Position numbers and translations under genes: made by a program. A stretch of DNA of 64,000 nucleotides from a virus (taxonomy: Duplodnaviria > Caudoviricetes). The stretch lies in IMG/VR virus record IMGVR_UViG_3300026442_000101. One strand, 5' to 3'. This document shows, one piece after another, positions 5,339 to 14,408 of this stretch. Below the pieces are notes generated by a model that saw only the letters and a list, made by a program, of their open reading frames with translations, searched no databases and was not told the origin of the DNA. Within the stretch, counting starts at the first letter, position 1. Each line of letters starts with the position of its first letter.

Positions 5339-6184
5339 TTAGTTCAACGTCGCGCCGAACCGCAGATCGGAGAAGATGTCGCGCAGGGTAGCTTCGACTT
5401 CTTCATCGGTCATTGCATTGCCGACCATGGACTGATCGAGAGCGCCGTCTTCGATGACGCGTTCGATATAGTTCTTGAGCGGGACGGAGAACGTCGAGCG
5501 AGGTTGTTCGTCGCTGGTCAGGTAGTGGATGATCTCGTCGCGCATCAGTGCAGGAACGGCTTCCAGCGCACGCTCGACCGCCACGATTGGCGACATATGT
5601 ACGCGAATGGAGCGTGCACGCAACAGCGGATACAGGACTGCCAACTGGAGGTTACGCAACAGGCCGGCAGAGTGCTGGTTGACGTTCGGATCTTTCAGGA
5701 CCAGGTTGGCGCTGGTGAGTTCTTCGATGTAGCGAGATTCCATCACCAGGCAACGGACGCGCGCTGCGGCGATGGCCGCTACGTTCTTCGCCGTGCGCTC
5801 CAGGAAGGTGGCGTAGGTCACGTCTTCCACAAACGGGCTATTCGCCCAGAGGTCTTGAGCGAGGTCGATACCGTAGTGGAGAGTTTCCGGGTAGGTGAAC
5901 TCGAGCGGCTTACCGCCCTTCTCGATGTTACGGAAGTGGTCGAGAATCTCGTAGCCAATCACCTGGATTTTCAGATCACCTTCTTCATAGGTGATTTCGA
6001 TCTTGTCGGCACTTGGGCGCGACAGACCCTGATACTTGCCCGGCGGGTGGGCGTAGAGGAACTGCACCAGATGGTGGTTCTTGATGCCGTAATCGGTCGA
6101 ATGGACCGCGGCCTTGATCGGCATTACACCGCGGTTATTACAGGCTACGTAGATACCTTCAAATACAGGGAATGGGACGTTCAT
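5339..6184 (-). CDS. Hypothetical protein
   Basis: 281-aa ORF with strongly biased codon usage. Confidence 0.8.
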   Translation of the reverse strand: MNVPFPVFEGIYVACNNRGVMPIKAAVHSTDYGIKNHHLVQFLYAHPPGKYQGLSRPSADKIEITYEEGDLKIQVIGYEILDHFRNIEKGGKPLEFTYPETLHYGIDLAQDLWANSPFVEDVTYATFLERTAKNVAAIAAARVRCLVMESRYIEELTSANLVLKDPNVNQHSAGLLRNLQLAVLYPLLRARSIRVHMSPIVAVERALEAVPALMRDEIIHYLTSDEQPRSTFSVPLKNYIERVIEDGALDQSMVGNAMTDEEVEATLRDIFSDLRFGATLN

Positions 6185-6187
6185 GCC

Positions 6188-6784
6188 TTACTCCGTTGCT
6201 TCGATTCGCTCGAAGGTGTAGTAGGTGTGGGACGGAGTCTGGAACTCCGGCGCTTTGGGGTTTGATTCTTTCACGTCACGCAGATGCTGCCGCACCCACT
6301 TATCTTGAGGGAGGCGGAAGTTCTTGATGACAGTATCGTACTTCGGTGCTGTCTTGTGGACCAGCGTCAGGAACACAGTACCGACGATGTCGAGGGCTTC
6401 TTCGTAGATGCTGGCGCCACCGACAAAGAAGATCCACTCGGTGTCGAACGTACGGGCCAGTTCCAGAGCTTCATCGACACTGGACACGCCATAGATTTCG
6501 TTCTCTGGATCATGCACCTCGGAAGCGTATTCCGGCGAGCGGGTGACGACGATACGCTTACGACCGACCATGACAGCCGGCATCGATTCGTGAGTACTAC
6601 GCCCGGAGATGATGACGTTACCCGTGGTCAGGTCTTTGAACCGGGGAAGATCACCTTCGAGTTTCCATGGGATGGTGCCCTTGTAACCTATCTCGCCGTT
6701 TGCAGTAGCTGCGACGATCATGGCGAGTTTCCCTTTGACGGGATCAGCCATTTCCAGTTGGAATCGCGAAAGATCGAGAGACAT
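6188..6784 (-). CDS. folA: Dihydrofolate reductase
   Basis: MIVAATANGEIG..G.IPW.LEGDL..FK..T.G..II.GR.T.ESM, R.RIVVTR and FFVGGASIY motifs. Confidence 0.95.
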   Translation of the reverse strand: MSLDLSRFQLEMADPVKGKLAMIVAATANGEIGYKGTIPWKLEGDLPRFKDLTTGNVIISGRSTHESMPAVMVGRKRIVVTRSPEYASEVHDPENEIYGVSSVDEALELARTFDTEWIFFVGGASIYEEALDIVGTVFLTLVHKTAPKYDTVIKNFRLPQDKWVRQHLRDVKESNPKAPEFQTPSHTYYTFERIEATE

Positions 6785-6861
6785 AGGAATCCAAAATAAA
6801 AAAGTTGGCAGGGGGAAGAAGTCCCACGCTAGGACATAGCCTAGCGCGGGTATGTGAAACG

Positions 6862-8316
6862 TTACTCGAACACGAACCGGAAGGTGGCGTTCTCGAGGCT
6901 GATGGTGACGCCCTCACAAGGCTCGAAGACCTCGTTGTGCAGCTTAGGACCTACTTGGCTTTCCAAGGCCTCGTAGTCGATGTCGGTGATCTTCTGCACC
7001 AGCGCCGAGTCAGGGTAGTGACCAGGGTTGGCGTACAGGGTGATCGTCACGCCAGGCCAGAGCGTGTTGATTGCCGCCTTGATGCCGGAATGACGATTGG
7101 TGCTGAACGCCCACGGGCCGATGTCGACACTGATCTCGCGCGAAATCTCATCGACGTCAACGTTGACCACGTTTTCGTGCTTGGTGATGTCGTTGATGGT
7201 AGTCAGGCTGAACGTAGTGATGGCGTCGCTCAGTTCGACTTCCTTACCAGCGGCAGTCATCACCATGGTAGGCTTGCGCTTGAAGTCCATCTTCCGCAAC
7301 ACGGAGCTCAACGAGTCGACCGAGTGGTCCAAGACACTGGCGCCGAGTATACCAAACGGCGTCGAGAGCTCAAATCCGGTGAGTTCGCGGCGCGCAGAAC
7401 CCAGAGCGCCGACACGGTCCGCAGTCTTGTAGGCGAGCCAGTCGGTATAGTCCAGCGCTTTGAGCAGCTCGATGGCCAGCAGGTTGATCTGCTTGTTCAG
7501 CAAGGCATGGTTGACGACAACGCCATGGCGAGAGGTGAACGAGAAGTCCTGCTCAACACGGAAGTAGAACTTACGAGTGAGTGGCTTGGTACCGTGGGTG
7601 AGGCTGACGTAGTGCGTAGGACGCAGATCAGCTGGAGAGCCGATAGCTGTCCATGCATGCAGGTCGATGAGGGTAATGGTACCCCAATCATGGATCTGCA
7701 TTTCGCCTTCTTCAACCACGTATTTATCGCGCTCTTTGATCATGGCTTCTGCAGTCATGTTGTCAGTCTCAGGATTGATTTCGCGCAGCTTGGTGACTTC
7801 GCCACGCATTACGAGGCTGTAGAACTCAATGAGCGCTTCTGCCTTTTCGCCGACCAGGTCTTCGTACAACTTGTCGTCGAACACTTCACAGAAGTGACAA
7901 TTGTCGGTTTCGAAGACTTTGATCGGGACGCCGTAGCGGTCCTTCTCGAGCTTACGCGTCGACGGCATTTCGAAGTCTGGGAACAGTTGACGGTAATTAT
8001 CGCGCATCTCGTTACATCTGGCCTTGATGTGCGCGCGTGGATCGGCAACATCAGGAGTAACGCTGAGCTTGGTGTACTTACCGTCCACAATGGCTTTGAA
8101 CACCTTTGGCCACCAGGCAGACCGCTGGCTGTCGATGAGACGCTCAGCGACTTCTTGAATGGCGCGTACCTCGAAGCTACCGTTCAAGTATTGGTAAACG
8201 ACGAAGCGCTCGCCCGCTGGCAGTTCTTCGGGTTTGGCAACGGCGACATCTACGGTGTCGAGGGTCGGGTATTTAGCCAGGAATTCTTCGCGGGCAGTTT
8301 GTTTCTTTGCAGTCAT
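6862..8316 (-). CDS. Hypothetical protein
   Basis: 484-aa ORF; no motif recognised. Confidence 0.8.
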   Translation of the reverse strand: MTAKKQTAREEFLAKYPTLDTVDVAVAKPEELPAGERFVVYQYLNGSFEVRAIQEVAERLIDSQRSAWWPKVFKAIVDGKYTKLSVTPDVADPRAHIKARCNEMRDNYRQLFPDFEMPSTRKLEKDRYGVPIKVFETDNCHFCEVFDDKLYEDLVGEKAEALIEFYSLVMRGEVTKLREINPETDNMTAEAMIKERDKYVVEEGEMQIHDWGTITLIDLHAWTAIGSPADLRPTHYVSLTHGTKPLTRKFYFRVEQDFSFTSRHGVVVNHALLNKQINLLAIELLKALDYTDWLAYKTADRVGALGSARRELTGFELSTPFGILGASVLDHSVDSLSSVLRKMDFKRKPTMVMTAAGKEVELSDAITTFSLTTINDITKHENVVNVDVDEISREISVDIGPWAFSTNRHSGIKAAINTLWPGVTITLYANPGHYPDSALVQKITDIDYEALESQVGPKLHNEVFEPCEGVTISLENATFRFVFE

Positions 8317-9089
8317 TATACAGCTTCCTTGTCCATAGTTGGGATAATGCGGTGAGTTGGAGTGCGGTTGTTTTCGACAGCACAGTGCGCGTCGCCGAGC
8401 TCGAATTCATTCGTCGGCGGCTTGCAGCCGGGGTACATCAAGGCGTAACGCTCCTCGAACGTCAACTCCTCGGTATTGGTTCTGTCCTCAGGACAGAACA
8501 CATAGCCGGGGTAGCGATTGTCGAGAAGATGTTTGGGGATGTAACGAACCATGCCTGCATCGCGCAAGATCTCCACGACCTTGTGCCCGGCTTTGCGGTT
8601 CTTGTGGAACATCTCAACCAGAGGGTCTTTCTTACCGCGATGCTCCCAGAACATCTTCATGCGGAAGAACAACTCACGGTCCATACCGCCAGCGCTGCCG
8701 ATGCAGCCAGGGTGGTCAGTGGCCATGTAGTAAGGTTCGACATCAGGAGCCGCGTCCTCTTCCTCGTAGATGAACTCGAGGATGTACTCGATGAACTGAG
8801 CCACCGCCGGAGAGCGGATACGGCCTTCGCCACAATGGACGATGATCTCCTTACGAGACTCTGACGCTACCAACGCGAAGTCGATGATCGAGAGGATGTG
8901 CTCGTCGGTGATTTGACCTTCCGGCTTGACCTTCGACATGTTCATCGGATCGAACTTCAGCTGCAAGAGCTGAATGTGGTTAGCGTGGTAAACGGCTGGC
9001 GAGTCGTAACTACCGCGCAGGCCGATCAGTCGCGTCGGCTTAGTCAGCGCGACAGCAGCTTCCTTACTGATGAAATGAATCTTTGGCAT
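8316..9089 (-). CDS. Protein-tyrosine/dual-specificity phosphatase-like protein
   Basis: P-loop IIVHCGEGRIRSPAVA (HCxxGxxRS) and upstream L.LKFD. Confidence 0.8.
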   Translation of the reverse strand: MPKIHFISKEAAVALTKPTRLIGLRGSYDSPAVYHANHIQLLQLKFDPMNMSKVKPEGQITDEHILSIIDFALVASESRKEIIVHCGEGRIRSPAVAQFIEYILEFIYEEEDAAPDVEPYYMATDHPGCIGSAGGMDRELFFRMKMFWEHRGKKDPLVEMFHKNRKAGHKVVEILRDAGMVRYIPKHLLDNRYPGYVFCPEDRTNTEELTFEERYALMYPGCKPPTNEFELGDAHCAVENNRTPTHRIIPTMDKEAV

Positions 9090-9098
9090 GGGGTTTCC

Positions 9099-9383
9099 TT
9101 ACTTGAAGAACGCTACGTAGGCTACGCAGCCGATGATGGAACCGAAGACCAGGATATCGCGAATGACCCTCCCGGCTTTCCTTTTGAATGTTGCCAATTG
9201 CTCGCGCTTCCTTTGCTGATGTAATTCCGCGAGGCCGTGTTGGAAGCCCTTACGGTAAGACCACATGGCTGCGTTCTTGAACACCCCATGGCGTGGCCTT
9301 CGTTTGAGCTTCCATTTACCAGATAGTGCGTCGCGTTTACCTTCCTCGTACCAGAGCTTGGCACGCTGAGAGTTCTTACTCAT
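9099..9383 (-). CDS. Small basic protein with C-terminal transmembrane helix
   Basis: Ends ILVFGSIIGCVAYVAFFK. Confidence 0.7.
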   Translation of the reverse strand: MSKNSQRAKLWYEEGKRDALSGKWKLKRRPRHGVFKNAAMWSYRKGFQHGLAELHQQRKREQLATFKRKAGRVIRDILVFGSIIGCVAYVAFFK

Positions 9384-9838
9384 TCGCCGTAGACCAAATC
9401 GAATGTGATGATGCGATCGATTTCTTTGTGCGTGCTGACTGTCGGTTTTAGAAGTGACCGCATCGCCATACGCGCTTTGCCCGGTTCTGCGAACATGTCT
9501 TTGGCGATCTGACCTTTAGGTCCAGCAAACCGAAGTTGGCCGAGCAGGAAAGCTTGATCGTCTTCGTACCGCATATGCACGTTACGCACCAGAGCACAAA
9601 TGTCATCCATCTCGATATTCTGAAATGCAATGATCGCATCTTCCGATGTGGCGTGCGCACGTCGAGTCGGTCCGCCTAAGGTGCAATAGAGTGTCCGCAT
9701 TTTGTTGAGTCGGGCAATCTCCTTGTGGAGATTACTGTTGATCTCGTACGTGAAGCCGGTATGCGGGGACGGCGTATGGAAATTCCCGAGCAGCACTACG
9801 TAATACTCACCTTCCTTGTGGAGGTTGTTACGTTCCAT
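9380..9838 (-). CDS. Hypothetical protein, possible divergent prohead-protease (S77/S80)-fold paralog
   Basis: LGGP, FAGPKG, MAMRS and IITFDLV pattern resembles T4 gp21/phiKZ gp175-type proteases; the catalytic His is not evident. Confidence 0.45.
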   Translation of the reverse strand: MERNNLHKEGEYYVVLLGNFHTPSPHTGFTYEINSNLHKEIARLNKMRTLYCTLGGPTRRAHATSEDAIIAFQNIEMDDICALVRNVHMRYEDDQAFLLGQLRFAGPKGQIAKDMFAEPGKARMAMRSLLKPTVSTHKEIDRIITFDLVYGE

Positions 9839-10047
9839 TATCTCTCCAATCGTTCTAACGCATCAGCGTATTCGTTAAGTTCACGAACCTTCTTTATCAG
9901 TTCGCGACGTTCTCTGCTGTAATGGCTTAGATCCCTGAGGTCCACTTCAAACGCAGCAGCCCTTAGTCGTAGACTCTCAGGGTCCGAGCATTCGCCGTAG
10001 ACCTTTGCGTAGACCCTAGCCCTTAACGCTGCTAGGGTCCTGGTCAT
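9838..10047 (-). CDS. Hypothetical protein
   Basis: 69-aa ORF overlapping neighbours by 1-4 nt. Confidence 0.6.
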   Translation of the reverse strand: MTRTLAALRARVYAKVYGECSDPESLRLRAAAFEVDLRDLSHYSRERRELIKKVRELNEYADALERLER

Positions 10048-10643
10048 TCGCCGCGAGAATGATTCGTTTCGATCATGCGATCGACAGGGATTGTCTTGAC
10101 TTTGCCCTTACGGGCGATGTAGCGGACTTCACCGCCGGTAGCCTTGTCGTACTGGCGGGCCAACTGAACCGCCTTAGCCGCGCTGAGGCCGAGCATGTCC
10201 ATGCCGCAACGAGCCACGTCAGCACCAGATCCAGCGAAGTACGGGAACTTGGTGATCTTCTTGACGGTGAACTTGTGCTTGATGCCCATCTTGAGTTCGA
10301 AGAAACTCTCCTTGGTGAGAACCAGCACGGTACCGGTGGGCAGAGTCTGATTTTCTGTCGTGGTGGCTTTCAGGAGTTCAATAGCCGCATCAAGATCCAT
10401 CCCGGTGAATATGGCGTGGACGAGGCCTTGGGTGAGATTCACCGTACCGGCAGTGGCGACAGCGACGACACGTTCGCCTTGGAAGGACACCGCCTTCTTA
10501 GGTACTTGAAGCTTCTCAACGAACGACGCAGTTGCGTTGATCGATTCCTTACAATGGACGCAATGACGATCGCCCGAGCCCATGCCGCGGCTACGCTGAG
10601 AGTCGGCTGCCAGAGTGACGCCATCGAATACTACAGTCGTCAT
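10044..10643 (-). CDS. HslV/proteasome-beta-like Ntn-hydrolase
   Basis: N-terminal M-T-T-V-V-F-D-G..LAADSQ (Thr nucleophile), AGSGAD and AV..A.QYD..TGG.V motifs. Confidence 0.8.
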   Translation of the reverse strand: MTTVVFDGVTLAADSQRSRGMGSGDRHCVHCKESINATASFVEKLQVPKKAVSFQGERVVAVATAGTVNLTQGLVHAIFTGMDLDAAIELLKATTTENQTLPTGTVLVLTKESFFELKMGIKHKFTVKKITKFPYFAGSGADVARCGMDMLGLSAAKAVQLARQYDKATGGEVRYIARKGKVKTIPVDRMIETNHSRGE

Positions 10644-10915
10644 TAAACCATGCCCCCGTGATAGCTACCGGAATGAAAGCGCTTACTGATGCCGATACGA
10701 CGCTCCAGCGCCGTTTCGTAACCTTTTGACTCAAGCGCTTGAGACGCCATGCCGAACGTCGAGTTCATGTTGATCTTGAGCTGCTGGATCTCAGCCCAAC
10801 GGCGGATCTGCAGCAAGAAGTAGTTCTTGAGAACCGACGGCATCTTCTTGAGTTTGTTGCGGCCGAACTTGTCGATGCCTTTGTTACGACCGATGTAAAT
10901 CTTGGACTTGCGCAT
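10643..10915 (-). CDS. Hypothetical basic protein
   Basis: 90-aa ORF with translational coupling to its neighbours. Confidence 0.65.
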   Translation of the reverse strand: MRKSKIYIGRNKGIDKFGRNKLKKMPSVLKNYFLLQIRRWAEIQQLKINMNSTFGMASQALESKGYETALERRIGISKRFHSGSYHGGMV

Positions 10916-11136
10916 TACTTAGCTCCCTTGCGTTTACCTACGAGTTCTGCTTTATTCCAGCATTGGCGATAGATGAGGGCCTGATCCCCACCTTCATCAA
11001 GACACTTGCGCATGGCGACCACAATGGCATCACTGCCTTCCATTCGCTGCGGTTTGTCTAACTGACCGTTAGAGGCGGCGATTATCGCCAGACCTGTCAA
11101 GACCAAACCTACAGCTACGATTAAAGCACCACGCAT
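10915..11136 (-). CDS. Small secreted/membrane protein
   Basis: N-terminal hydrophobic segment and a Cys pair; follows the promoter motif at 11171. Confidence 0.7.
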   Translation of the reverse strand: MRGALIVAVGLVLTGLAIIAASNGQLDKPQRMEGSDAIVVAMRKCLDEGGDQALIYRQCWNKAELVGKRKGAK

Positions 11137-11170
11137 TTACCTTTCCCCAGGTTATGTTATCTCCATCCGA

Positions 11171-11198
11171 TAATGTGGTATCTTATTAATTTACACAG
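11171..11198 (-). promoter_or_regulatory. Putative phage early promoter
   Basis: CTGTGTAAATTAATAAGATACCACATTA, just after a terminator. Confidence 0.55.
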
Positions 11199-11201
11199 CA
11201 C

Positions 11202-11243
11202 AAAAAAAAAGAAAGCACCGACAGTACCTTTCGGTACTGTCGG
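11202..11243 (-). terminator. Intrinsic terminator
   Basis: 11-bp stem CCGACAGTACC-GAAA-GGTACTGTCGG plus T tract. Confidence 0.85.
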
Positions 11244-11249
11244 CGTTCA

Positions 11250-11594
11250 TTACAGCAGATCCTCGGCGAGCGTCGCCAGTAATGCTTCTGCCATGACGTA
11301 GTATTGACCAGCCATCAGCCACTGGGTTTCGCTATCCATGCCCGGTACACCGATCGTGATCTTATCTTCGGAGGCCGAGTAATGGATGTACAGCTTCGAG
11401 GTGCTGCCGAACCGCATGGTCATACTCCCGCTCGGGAAATGGACCAGCTGGACGGTGAAGAGAACCCGATGGCTTACTCGGAACGCTCTGACGCAGTTCT
11501 CTTTCTTCCATTCGAACTTGTGCTTCTTGAACAGTTCGAGGAAGTCGGCTTCCAGTTCTTCACGGGTGCGTACATCGATCGGGAGTACCTTCAC
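11250..11594 (-). CDS. Hypothetical protein
   Basis: 114-aa ORF with GTG start overlapping the upstream TGA. Confidence 0.7.
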   Translation of the reverse strand: MKVLPIDVRTREELEADFLELFKKHKFEWKKENCVRAFRVSHRVLFTVQLVHFPSGSMTMRFGSTSKLYIHYSASEDKITIGVPGMDSETQWLMAGQYYVMAEALLATLAEDLL

Positions 11595-11740
11595 TTACGC
11601 CCCTCCAGATCTCTCCAGGCCTTGTCGAGTTTTGCTAGATGCTTATCCAGCTCATCGAACTTCTTGTCTTCCCACAGCTTGGCCGCATCGCTACCGCGCT
11701 GGATGGCTTGACCTTTATAGCGGATTACGTTGACGTACAT
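11591..11740 (-). CDS. Small hypothetical protein (49 aa, not in ORF track)
   Basis: Hand translation MYVNVIRYKGQAIQRGSDAAKLWEDKKFDELDKHLAKLDKAWRDLEGRK*; AGGA upstream. Confidence 0.7.
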   Translation of the reverse strand: MYVNVIRYKGQAIQRGSDAAKLWEDKKFDELDKHLAKLDKAWRDLEGRK

Positions 11741-11749
11741 GGCTTTTCC

Positions 11750-12016
11750 TTAAGGACTTCCTACGAGATACCTGAACTGTTTGCAGCAGCGCAGGATCTC
11801 TTTGTGTTGGGGATGCTTCGGCTCCAGCTGTTCGAAGTACTGAGCTACTTTTACCTGGTAGATGCCCAGATCGATCGCCCGCTTACCGTCATCTGTCGCG
11901 ATGTGGGCGGTGCGGAAAATCCTGGTGGCGATCAGGGCTTTGAAACCATCGGCGGTGAAGTCGAAGGTAGCCCCATCTTCTTCATCTCGACCATCGTAGA
12001 ACAGGATCGTCAGCAT
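11750..12016 (-). CDS. Hypothetical protein
   Basis: 88-aa ORF with GGAGA SD. Confidence 0.7.
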   Translation of the reverse strand: MLTILFYDGRDEEDGATFDFTADGFKALIATRIFRTAHIATDDGKRAIDLGIYQVKVAQYFEQLEPKHPQHKEILRCCKQFRYLVGSP

Positions 12017-12025
12017 GTCGTCTCC

Positions 12026-12256
12026 TTACAGAGTAAGTATCTTGAACCCCGCCATCTGAAGAGCTACAACCCAACCCGCAAGCATTACCGCAGGGTAGAT
12101 CAAGCCCCAAGCTTTGATGTGATCGACGATCTCACCAAAACCGCTGAGATGGATTTCCCATTTGCGAATGTCTTTGATAGACGCGCATACGCCGGCGATT
12201 TTGAAAGTGATGATTGCACAAAGTACCAACGCCGACAGGGCGATGCTAAGGTCCAC
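12026..12256 (-). CDS. Small two-TM membrane protein
   Basis: Two hydrophobic segments. Confidence 0.65.
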   Translation of the reverse strand: MDLSIALSALVLCAIITFKIAGVCASIKDIRKWEIHLSGFGEIVDHIKAWGLIYPAVMLAGWVVALQMAGFKILTL

Positions 12257-12317
12257 TTACTTCAACTCCAATTAACAAAAAGAAAGGCGGGGATTTCTCC
12301 CCGCCGATTTATGCCGC

Positions 12318-14381
12318 TTACGCGACTTTCGAATTGCCGTGCAGTTCGAACCACCGGTCAGTAGTTTCGGTGATGTGCTGATCGACCTTCGCACAGATGT
12401 CGGTGTGGTTAGGATCAACCACGAAACCGCCATCCATGAAGATCGGTTTCAGCAGACCAGACTTGACGTGGATCTCGGCGATCTTCATATCTTGCTCTTG
12501 GTTGAGCACGATACCTTCATCGCTGTCGATCAGCGCCAGCAGGCCTTTGGCCGACTTCTTCAGACCGTCACCGGTGGCTGGGTCTTTGTACAGCTCGACC
12601 ATCTCACCATTGACCATGGTCGCGGTAGCCTTAACGGCAATGCCGAAGGTATCGCGAGTCAGGTAGTTGTAGGTGTAGGAGCCGACGCCGAACACGACGT
12701 TGCACGATGCGAAACCTTTGATCGCCAGACGACGGCAGATTTCTTCAGCGCGGTGTACGGTGATGGAATCGCCGTAGATCAGGCCGATGCGTTCGTGCAG
12801 AACTTTGTAGCCGCGTTCGGTTTCGGTACCGCCGAAGGTTTCCCACAGCAGCTCGATGGCACCCTTCTCTTGCGCCGACAGCTCGACCTGTTCGATCTTG
12901 TAGCCGTTGCGGTAAGTGCCCTTACCCATGACCATGACTTCGACACCGCGCAGCTCGAGCAGGTCATGCAGCTCACGATACGCTTTGAAGCGGACCGGGT
13001 CGGTGCAATCGGCGCTGATCGGGAACGGGTAGTCGAACAGGGCGGCGGAGCCCATCACGTCGGTCATCAGTTCGTCGTAGTAGCTGTGATCAACCGCAGG
13101 CAGATCGGCCTTGACCTGACTGATGGTGCGGGAGATCGCTTTACCGGCGATACTGGTGGCTTTGTGAATCTTGCCTTCCGGATCTTTGAAGTAGACGAAC
13201 TCCGGCTTGTAGTTCACCATCTGAGCTTCGGCAGCAAGCTGGTCCAGGATTTCCACGCCGCAGATGATTTCTACAGGATCGCCCGAGTCAGGACGGATGA
13301 CCAGCTTGGCCATGCCGTTCTCGTCAGGCAGACGAGCCAGGATCTCTTCCTTCAGCGAAGGCAGGACCGAGGTCAGTACGCCAAAGAAGTCGAAGCTGTC
13401 GCACACCAGGCCCAGCATGCCGGTCTTGAACTTGACGGTCAACATTTCCTTGATGAAGCCACGCTCTGCTTCCAGGCGCATGCCTTTCAGTTCAGAGAGC
13501 AGCTCTTCTTCGGTAGCGCCTTCGGCTCGACGAGCCTTGACCATCTGACGCAGCCGACTCAGGATGTTCGCGGTTGCCACCGAGTGCTCAGTCGCAGGAA
13601 TGGTACCTGCGATCATCACCTTCTCGGCATCGCCGTTGTACATCTGCTCGATGTAGTCGATGGCCGGCATGGTATCACTGCCGGTGAACACGCGCAGGTG
13701 AGCCGCGCCGCAACGAGCGCCATCTTCCATACCCGACATGCCACGGTACGAGAAGTCGTGAGCCTGGAACTTGACGAAGTCGGTAGGCACGCCGGTGATC
13801 TTGGCCCACTTGGTCAGGACGCGACGGTACTCGAACGCAATGGTGCCGACGGTAACCTGTTTCCAGGTCATGTTCGACATGATGGTTTCGAGGAACTCGG
13901 CCAGCCAGAAGAACTCGGAGCCTTCATCGATGACATTACCGTTGCTGTCGTAGATGACGTACATAGGCACGCCAATCGGCAGACGGGTACCTTCTTCCAC
14001 GCCCAGGATACGCAGCGGCAGGTGACCGATATCGTGCAGGTTGGCAAGGGACTTGGCCGATACCTTGTCTTTGCCGATGTAGGTGTCGCAGCGGCGCTTG
14101 AACTTGTAGAGCACGTCGGACTTCGGCTTGCTGAAGAAGCTCTCTTCCCACATGCTGACGATTTCATGCAGCGCGGCTACGTGACCGGTGACCAGGATCT
14201 TACGGTCCCACATCGAACTACAACTCGGCGATCGAGCGAAGATCTTGTCGCTACGCGCGGTGCTGTTGGCGTAGAGGAACGACGAACCGTCGGGATACAT
14301 CGGACCATGGCCTTGTTTGTAGCCATCGGTACCGGTAGGGCCGAACATCTTGAAAGCTTTGAACAGTTTCTTGAGAGACAT
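12318..14381 (-). CDS. nadV: Nicotinamide phosphoribosyltransferase-like protein (NAMPT; Namat-like in NARP1)
   Basis: TDGYKQGH, HDFSYRG, GSDT, PATEHSV, DSFDFF, VIRPDSGDP, GLIYGDSIT, FGVGSY, TRDTFG.A.K and KKSAKG motifs; two insertions give 687 aa. Confidence 0.93.
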   Translation of the reverse strand: MSLKKLFKAFKMFGPTGTDGYKQGHGPMYPDGSSFLYANSTARSDKIFARSPSCSSMWDRKILVTGHVAALHEIVSMWEESFFSKPKSDVLYKFKRRCDTYIGKDKVSAKSLANLHDIGHLPLRILGVEEGTRLPIGVPMYVIYDSNGNVIDEGSEFFWLAEFLETIMSNMTWKQVTVGTIAFEYRRVLTKWAKITGVPTDFVKFQAHDFSYRGMSGMEDGARCGAAHLRVFTGSDTMPAIDYIEQMYNGDAEKVMIAGTIPATEHSVATANILSRLRQMVKARRAEGATEEELLSELKGMRLEAERGFIKEMLTVKFKTGMLGLVCDSFDFFGVLTSVLPSLKEEILARLPDENGMAKLVIRPDSGDPVEIICGVEILDQLAAEAQMVNYKPEFVYFKDPEGKIHKATSIAGKAISRTISQVKADLPAVDHSYYDELMTDVMGSAALFDYPFPISADCTDPVRFKAYRELHDLLELRGVEVMVMGKGTYRNGYKIEQVELSAQEKGAIELLWETFGGTETERGYKVLHERIGLIYGDSITVHRAEEICRRLAIKGFASCNVVFGVGSYTYNYLTRDTFGIAVKATATMVNGEMVELYKDPATGDGLKKSAKGLLALIDSDEGIVLNQEQDMKIAEIHVKSGLLKPIFMDGGFVVDPNHTDICAKVDQHITETTDRWFELHGNSKVA

Positions 14382-14408
14382 GTTACGTCCTTGCTTGCGG
14401 GTGGGTGT

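Noticed and set aside
12285-12305. Same ~20-nt sequence AGGCGGGGATTTCTCCCCGC near 12285 and 60770
   Set aside because: Both are terminator hairpins; shared terminator sequence is common and there is no sign of a mobile element.
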